From: an uncultured Gemmatimonadales bacterium
Lineage (GTDB): Bacteria > Gemmatimonadota > Gemmatimonadetes > Gemmatimonadales > Gemmatimonadaceae
Length of the DNA: 64,000 bases
Reading direction: 5' to 3'
Assembly: GCA_963793305.1 (NCBI GenBank)
Contig: CAWBZV010000002.1
Location: 640,001 to 704,000 of the forward strand
Shown: piece by piece, positions 58,238 through 64,000 of the stretch
Layout: each line of letters starts with the position of its first letter
Position numbering within the stretch: position 1 is the stretch's first letter
Translations under genes and position numbers: made by a program
Notes under the pieces: generated by a model
The model's input: only the letters and a program-made list of their open reading frames with translations
Databases searched by the model: none
Told to the model about the DNA's origin: nothing

Positions 58238-59701
58238 ATGCGGCTCGTGATCATAGCCTGGCGCCTGACCCCGATCATGATCTCGTTTCGACGGGATGTC
58301 GCGCGTTGGCTCTGGTTTGGTGCACCAGTCACGCGGACGCCGGAATTCCACCGGCGCCGGGCGCAGAAGATCGTGCGCACGCTGGCCGGTCTCGGGCCGA
58401 CGTTCATCGAGATGGCGCAACTCCTTGGCGCCCGGACCGATGTGATCCCCGAGCCGTATGTCAGCGAGCTGGCGACGCTCATGGATCGGGTCCCCGCAAC
58501 ACCGTGGCCCATTATGTCCAGCGTGATCCGCCGCGCGTACGGCCGCCCACCCGCGGAAGTCTTCGACTCCATTGCCGAGGTGCCGCTGGCGTCGGCCTCG
58601 CTCGGACAGGTGTACGAGGCCCGTGTGAGCGGGCGGAAGGTCGCGGTCAAAGTCATGCGACCGGGTGTCGAGCGGCTGATCCAAGCCGATTGCGCCGCGA
58701 CGCGCCGCATCCTCGTTGTCGTCGAGCGCCTGTTTCGCGGCAACGCCCGCACGTTGCGCGCGGTGCGGCAGTTCCGCGTGATTCTCGAGGAATTCGCGTT
58801 CCGCGTGCGCGATGAGGTCGACTATCGCGTCGAGGCGCAGAACGCCGTCGAGATGCGCGAGAACTTCGCGGACACGCCCACCATCCGCGTGCCCGAGATG
58901 CTCCTCCCGTTCGTCCGCCAGCACGTCCTCGTCATGGAGTTCATGGAGGGCGATCCGGTCGACCTCCTGGGGCCGCGCGTCGCCTCGGGCAATCTCGATC
59001 TGTCGCGGATCGTGCCGCAGCTCATCGAGGCCTACACGTCGATGATGATGATCGACGGCTTGTTCCACGCCGACCCCCACCCGAAGAATCTCTTGATCGC
59101 GCCCGACGGCGCGCTCGTGCTGCTGGATTTCGGGATGGTCGTGCGCGTGAGCCGTGCGTTGCGCCGCGCATTGCTCGACACGATCATGGCGGCCATTCGG
59201 AAAGATGTCGACGGGCTCATCGACGGGTTCGTCGCGTTGGGGCTCAAAGCACCGGATGCGACGAAAGAGCAACTCCGCCCGATAGTCGCGGCGATTATGG
59301 TGAACGCCTCGAGCTACGCGACCACGCAGGAGCGAATGGAATTGCTCTCCGATGAAGTCGTCGCGCAGCTGTACGACGTGCCGCCAATCAACTTGCCGAG
59401 CACGATGGTCTATTTCGCGCGGACCGCGTCGTTGATCGAGGGACTGGCCACGCGCTACGATCCGCGATTCAACCCGGTCGCGGTCGCGACCCCGGTCATG
59501 TTGCGACTGCAGCCCGCGATCCTCGCTGCTCTCAGCCGTACGCACAGCGCCAAGCCGGTCGACTGGGTCGGAACCATCGCGACGGTCGTCGGCGACGGCC
59601 TCGGCCGCTTTGCTCGCGAGGTGCGGTCGATGCTAAACGGCGAGGGGTCGCAGCCCCGCCTCAATGGCGGCCCGCCGCGGCTCGAGAAAGGGGGGAAGTG
59701 A
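58238..59701 (+). CDS. ABC1/AarF/UbiB-family atypical kinase
   Basis: LGPTF, ASASLGQVY, VAVKV.RP, FHADPHP.N, LLDFGM. Confidence 0.92.
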   Translation: MRLVIIAWRLTPIMISFRRDVARWLWFGAPVTRTPEFHRRRAQKIVRTLAGLGPTFIEMAQLLGARTDVIPEPYVSELATLMDRVPATPWPIMSSVIRRAYGRPPAEVFDSIAEVPLASASLGQVYEARVSGRKVAVKVMRPGVERLIQADCAATRRILVVVERLFRGNARTLRAVRQFRVILEEFAFRVRDEVDYRVEAQNAVEMRENFADTPTIRVPEMLLPFVRQHVLVMEFMEGDPVDLLGPRVASGNLDLSRIVPQLIEAYTSMMMIDGLFHADPHPKNLLIAPDGALVLLDFGMVVRVSRALRRALLDTIMAAIRKDVDGLIDGFVALGLKAPDATKEQLRPIVAAIMVNASSYATTQERMELLSDEVVAQLYDVPPINLPSTMVYFARTASLIEGLATRYDPRFNPVAVATPVMLRLQPAILAALSRTHSAKPVDWVGTIATVVGDGLGRFAREVRSMLNGEGSQPRLNGGPPRLEKGGK

Positions 59702-60511
59702 AAGGCGCTGGCCCATCGTGGCCAGGCTCTCATCGATCGCGAAGCCCGGTCCATCGGTCGCGATCTCGAACAGGATGCCGTTGGGCTCGCGGAAGTAGAG
59801 CGACTTGAAGTAATAGCGGTCGATCACGCCCAACGTCGGCACGCCGGACGCGTGGAGCTTCGATTGCCAGGCGAGCTGCTCCTGGGCGTTCGGCGTCCGG
59901 AACGCGACATGGTGCACGCCGCCCGCTCCCGGGCGCGCGGCTCGCAGGTCCGGGCGCTCCTCGACATGCACCTCGCCCATCCCTGACCTGAACACGACGA
60001 GCGAGCCTTCGCGCGCGACGACGCGGAACCCCATCACGCCGGTCAATACCGAGGCCGTCGACTCGGCTTCTTCGACGACGAGGGTCACGGGACCGAGGCC
60101 CTGGATCGCCGACTCATTGGTCGTCTGCTCGTCGCCACCGTCGAACAGCGCCAGCCGTTGGCCTTCGGGATCCGTGAACGTCAACACGTCGCGTCCCGCG
60201 ATCAATGTGAGGCGACCGCCGAGACGATCCTTCCACCACGCCAGTGCGTCTCGATTGGCGACGCGAAGGCCGATCTGCGAGATCTCGCGGGTGCCCGCGC
60301 GGTTCGCCGTCGAGTCGGCCCAATCAAAGAACGTGACCTCGGTGCCCGGCCGCCCTTCGGGGTCGGCGTAGAACAGGTGATAGGCCGAGACGTCGTCTTG
60401 ATTGACGGTCTTCTTGACGAGCCGGAGGCCGAGGGTCTCGGTGTAGTACTTGAGATTCTCGGACGCCCGCGCAGTGACGGCGGTGACGTGGTGGAGTCCG
60501 TTGAGTTCCAT
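59633..60511 (-). CDS. Ring-cleaving dioxygenase / glyoxalase (MhqO-like)
   Basis: GLHHVTA, LVKKTVNQDD, HHVAFR, DRYYFKSLYFREP, EIATDGPGF. Confidence 0.92.
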   Translation of the reverse strand: MELNGLHHVTAVTARASENLKYYTETLGLRLVKKTVNQDDVSAYHLFYADPEGRPGTEVTFFDWADSTANRAGTREISQIGLRVANRDALAWWKDRLGGRLTLIAGRDVLTFTDPEGQRLALFDGGDEQTTNESAIQGLGPVTLVVEEAESTASVLTGVMGFRVVAREGSLVVFRSGMGEVHVEERPDLRAARPGAGGVHHVAFRTPNAQEQLAWQSKLHASGVPTLGVIDRYYFKSLYFREPNGILFEIATDGPGFAIDESLATMGQRLSLPPFLEPRRAAIEAGLRPLAV

Positions 60512-60515
60512 TGGC

Positions 60516-61193
60516 CTAGAGCGACCGAACCAGGCCGCCGTCGATGAGAAGGTTTTGACCCGTGATATACGATGCGTCGTCCGACACGAGAAACGCCACG
60601 GCCGAGGCGATCTCGTCAAATCGAGCTGGTCTTCCCATAGGGATGTTCGCATCGGCCGGTCGCTTGTCGACGAATCCCGGTAGGACGGCATTCACCCGTA
60701 TCCCGTCCGGCGCCAACCGCTCACCCATTACGCGAGTCCACGACAGGAGGGCCGCGCGGAAAACACTGGAAACCGGCCGAGTCACATCGGGTTGTGCGGC
60801 CGCAAAACTCGACACTGTAACAATGGACCCGCCTTTCCGCATATGGGGTACCGCGTGCCGCGTCAGACGGATGACGCTGCCAAGGATGAGATCGTAGCCG
60901 TCCTCCCACTCAGTGTCGGTCAGGCCGAGTGGGTCCCCTTTGGCCGGGTGGCCGGTGTTGTTCACGATCGCGTCGATCCGCCCCCAGCGATTCATTGCCG
61001 CGTCAACGAGTCGCCCGAGATCCGCGTCGAGTGTGACCGACCCGCGTAGCGCGGTTGCGCCGAGCTCCGCGGCGAGGGTGTCAATGCGCTCGGAGCGTGA
61101 CATCACGGCCAGTTGCCACCCACGCGAGGCGAGCCCTCGCGCGATGGCGGCGCCAATGCCCTGGCTGGCGGCGGTTACGAGCGCGACCGCCAC
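60516..61193 (-). CDS. SDR-family oxidoreductase
   Basis: VTAASQGIG, VNNTG, IRVNAVLPG, YITGQ...DGG. Confidence 0.9.
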   Translation of the reverse strand: MAVALVTAASQGIGAAIARGLASRGWQLAVMSRSERIDTLAAELGATALRGSVTLDADLGRLVDAAMNRWGRIDAIVNNTGHPAKGDPLGLTDTEWEDGYDLILGSVIRLTRHAVPHMRKGGSIVTVSSFAAAQPDVTRPVSSVFRAALLSWTRVMGERLAPDGIRVNAVLPGFVDKRPADANIPMGRPARFDEIASAVAFLVSDDASYITGQNLLIDGGLVRSL

Positions 61194-61714
61194 GCCGCGA
61201 TTGCCTGAGCGTCTGCCTGTGCCTTGACCGCGCGCGCCGCGGCCCAGTCGATCGCCGGTGCCACGCTGGCGTCATCGAGTCCGAGGCTCGCGACCGCGCG
61301 CTCGATGACCGGAGCGCCGAGGTCAGGTGGCAGCGACTGACCAAACGCCAGCTCGGACCGGCGGCACAGCCGTTCCTCGCGCGCGGGATCGCGCGGGCTG
61401 CACGTCATGCGATCGACGCGCGCGTGCACGCCTTCGTGCACGATCGACGACGCGATGATGGCGGGCGTGAACTCGGCCGCGCGCGCGAGGAAGCTGAGCT
61501 CTGTGAGCACCATGCGCTCGCCCGGGAAGTACGCGCCGCGGCATGGAAATGCCGCGATCTGGAGATACGCGATGTCTCGGCGGAGATGCGACAAGCGCCA
61601 CGGCTGGTACTGCTCGATGAGCGCCAGCGCCGCGTCCAGGCGGTCGAGCACGAAGGCCGTCTCGATGTCGGGTCGCGTATTCTCGACCCGGACTCGAACC
61701 CCGCGTATCCGCAT
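61175..61714 (-). CDS. Hypothetical protein with HExxH motif
   Basis: IVHEGVHAR...REERLC; ATG 1 nt after the rhomboid stop. Confidence 0.7.
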   Translation of the reverse strand: MRIRGVRVRVENTRPDIETAFVLDRLDAALALIEQYQPWRLSHLRRDIAYLQIAAFPCRGAYFPGERMVLTELSFLARAAEFTPAIIASSIVHEGVHARVDRMTCSPRDPAREERLCRRSELAFGQSLPPDLGAPVIERAVASLGLDDASVAPAIDWAAARAVKAQADAQAIAAWRSRS

Positions 61715-61715
61715 G

Positions 61716-62483
61716 CTACGTCGTGCCGGCGAACCGATCGAGCGTCGCGCGCTCCTCGGGTGTGAGGCTGCGGGTGCCATCCTGTTGCGCTTTCTTGAGG
61801 AGCCGTACGACTTCGTCGCGATTGATCGGGTGGAGATCGTCGAGACGGATCTCGCGCCAGCGCTTGAGGGGGTCGCCGTTTCCGATGCCGCCAACGACTG
61901 GCGATCGTTGCGTGGTGACTTTCTTCTTCCAGGCACGCGCGGGCGAGCGAATCTCCAGGGCCTTGAGATACAGGAATCCGGTCGCGACGCCGCCCAGGTG
62001 CGCGAAGTGCGCGATCTGCGCGCCGCCGAAGCCGACGATATCGAACAACACATAGGCAGTGGCGAGCATCCACATTTCAACCGGCAGGATGCCCCAAATG
62101 AGAATGCGATCGCGCGGCCAGTACATCGCATACGCCACGATGATGCCCATGATCGCCGCGGATGCGCCGACGATGGAGGCCGGCGAGGTGACGACCGACA
62201 GCAGGCCGCCGCCGATACCGCTCAACAGATACAGCCAGATGAAATGCTGGCTCCCCAGGCGCTCTTCGACACGGGGACCGAACAGATACAGCGAGTACAT
62301 GTTGAAGATGATGTGCCAGATGTCGGAGCGGCTGTGGAGGAACATGTACGTGACGAGCGTCCACGGCCGGGTCAAGACCAGTCCCGGGAAGAGCACGAGC
62401 CAATCCGTGACCGCGGGAGCGAAATACTGTAACCCGTACATCACAATGTTCGCGACGATCAGGCGGCGGACCCAAGGACTCAT
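61716..62483 (-). CDS. Rhomboid-family intramembrane serine protease
   Basis: PWTLVTYMFLH, HIIFNM, GASAA, AHFAHLGG; soluble C-terminal tail. Confidence 0.94.
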   Translation of the reverse strand: MSPWVRRLIVANIVMYGLQYFAPAVTDWLVLFPGLVLTRPWTLVTYMFLHSRSDIWHIIFNMYSLYLFGPRVEERLGSQHFIWLYLLSGIGGGLLSVVTSPASIVGASAAIMGIIVAYAMYWPRDRILIWGILPVEMWMLATAYVLFDIVGFGGAQIAHFAHLGGVATGFLYLKALEIRSPARAWKKKVTTQRSPVVGGIGNGDPLKRWREIRLDDLHPINRDEVVRLLKKAQQDGTRSLTPEERATLDRFAGTT

Positions 62484-62518
62484 AGTATGTAGAGTGGCGC
62501 GCGTCTACTTTTCATGCA

Positions 62519-63019
62519 ATGACCACACACCCTGTGGGAGAGTTCCTCGATCACTTGGACCGTGTGCACGAGCGCACGCGGCGGATTGTCGTGCTCATCC
62601 CGCGCAATGACACCGAGTGGGCACCGAAACCTGGGTGGTTCAGCCTGGGCGGGTTGGTCCGCCATCTCGCCGGCATCGAACGCTGGATGTACGCGGAGAC
62701 GATTCACGGCCGCCCGGCACGATATCCGGGGCATGGCCGGGAACTGGCCGATGGATCCGAGGCCGTTCTCGCCTACTACGACCGATTGCACGCCGAATCT
62801 CGCGCCGCGTTCGCGTCGTTGACGGATGCGCGGATGATGGAAAAGTGCCTCACGCCGGCGGGGTCGCCGATATCCGTGTGGAAATGGCTCCGCGCGCATC
62901 TGGAGCACGAGGCACATCATCGCGGCCAGTTGTACCTGATGCTGGCGATGCGCGGTGTCGCGACGCCGCCGATCTACGGCTTGACCGCGGAGCAGGTCCA
63001 GGCGGCGTCAGCCTCATGA
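62519..63019 (+). CDS. DinB-family protein
   Basis: LVRHLAGIE, EHEAHHRGQ. Confidence 0.9.
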   Translation: MTTHPVGEFLDHLDRVHERTRRIVVLIPRNDTEWAPKPGWFSLGGLVRHLAGIERWMYAETIHGRPARYPGHGRELADGSEAVLAYYDRLHAESRAAFASLTDARMMEKCLTPAGSPISVWKWLRAHLEHEAHHRGQLYLMLAMRGVATPPIYGLTAEQVQAASAS

Positions 63020-64000
63020 TGCGGCGCACCGTCGCACTCTTCGCGCTCGGCTGCGCGGCCGCCGTCGCGTGCCGATCCCAGACCGCGCCTGTCATCACGG
63101 TCGATCACGGTCCCAACGCGCCGGGTCAGCAAGCCAAACCGTACGTCGTGCTCGTCTCGCTCGACGGCTTCCGGTACGACTACGCACGTCGATACAGCGC
63201 GACGCACTTGCAGGCGATCGCGACTCGCGGCGCGACCGCGCCCGACGGGATGATCCCGGTGTATCCGTCGCTCACGTTCCCCAATCACTATTCGCTGGCG
63301 ACCGGCCTCTATCCCGAGCATCACGGCATCGTCGCGAACACGTTCTACGATCCCGCGCGGAAGCAGACCTACAGCCTCGGCGACTCGACGACGGTCACCG
63401 ACGGCACATGGTACAGCGGCACGCCGCTCTGGGTGCTGGCCGAGCAGCACGGCATGCGCTCGGCGTGCTTCTTCTGGCCGGGCTCGGAGGCGGCCATTCA
63501 GGGCGTGCGGCCGACATACTATCTCAAGTACGATCACGCGGTCCCGAACGCCGCGCGCGTCGCCCAGGTGATCGCTTGGCTTCGGTTGCCGGCCGAGCAA
63601 CGGCCGCATTTCATCACGCTCTACATGTCGGACGTCGATCAGGCCGGCCACCTGCACGGACCGGACAGTCACGAGACCGAACAAGCCGTCCATGACGTCA
63701 ATGACGCCGTCGGTTCGCTCGACTCAGCCCTGGCGACGCTGCATCTCGCGATCGACCTGATAATCGTTTCCGACCACGGCATGGCCGCGGTCAAGGGTGA
63801 TTGGGTCGACCTGGATCACGACGAGCCAGATATCATGTCGCGCCTCAGCAAGTCGGTCGGCCCGTCCTTGTACGCGAAGACGGATAGCGACGCCGCTCAT
63901 ATCGCGGCCGCGTTGACGGCCGCGCACGACGACAAGTACCTGGTCTATCGTCGCGCCCAGGTTCCGGCGGCGCTGCACGACGACGCGAACGCCCGCTCGG
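63016..64000 (+). CDS. Nucleotide pyrophosphatase/phosphodiesterase (alkaline phosphatase superfamily), 3'-partial
   Basis: Translated by hand: signal peptide, LVSLDGFRYDY, PSLTFPNHYSLATGLYPEHHGIVAN, FWPGSE, DQAGH, VSDHGM; runs off the window. Confidence 0.93.
   Translation, partial: MMRRTVALFALGCAAAVACRSQTAPVITVDHGPNAPGQQAKPYVVLVSLDGFRYDYARRYSATHLQAIATRGATAPDGMIPVYPSLTFPNHYSLATGLYPEHHGIVANTFYDPARKQTYSLGDSTTVTDGTWYSGTPLWVLAEQHGMRSACFFWPGSEAAIQGVRPTYYLKYDHAVPNAARVAQVIAWLRLPAEQRPHFITLYMSDVDQAGHLHGPDSHETEQAVHDVNDAVGSLDSALATLHLAIDLIIVSDHGMAAVKGDWVDLDHDEPDIMSRLSKSVGPSLYAKTDSDAAHIAAALTAAHDDKYLVYRRAQVPAALHDDANARS

Noticed and set aside
1..64000. Prophage, IS elements, anti-phage defence systems, tRNA or rRNA genes
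   Set aside because: No integrase, transposase, nuclease, reverse transcriptase or structural-RNA signatures recognised other than the SRP RNA

Overview
High-GC, very gene-dense bacterial chromosome segment. Gene content and order (ffs-dnaX-ybaB-recR-mglB-mglA-pgsA, many Hanks-type kinases, Oar-like TonB receptor, duplicated ABC permease, bshB1-like deacetylase) suggest Gemmatimonadota; this is an inference. It holds about 64 protein genes and the SRP RNA. I found no tRNA, rRNA, CRISPR array, integrase or transposase. Best candidate uncharacterised systems: (1) a TPR/beta-barrel + receiver + Hpt-receiver + HEAT-repeat + processive GT2 cluster (855-5970), resembling a phosphorelay-controlled, synthase-dependent exopolysaccharide system without a visible c-di-GMP sensor; (2) an operon of CDP-alcohol phosphotransferase, TonB-dependent receptor and YnjBCD-like ABC importer (25059-31869); (3) two kinase/pseudokinase modules. 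Sequence-level observations: a palindromic, internally duplicated element lies in frame inside a membrane glycosyltransferase gene; all three frameshifts in the window sit at the same GACGTTC heptamer; many genes have a TANNNT hexamer 5-8 nt before the start codon (leaderless-like); three genes seem to need CTG/ATT starts; the SRP RNA has a non-GNRA apical loop. All product calls come from motif recognition by eye; no database searches were run.
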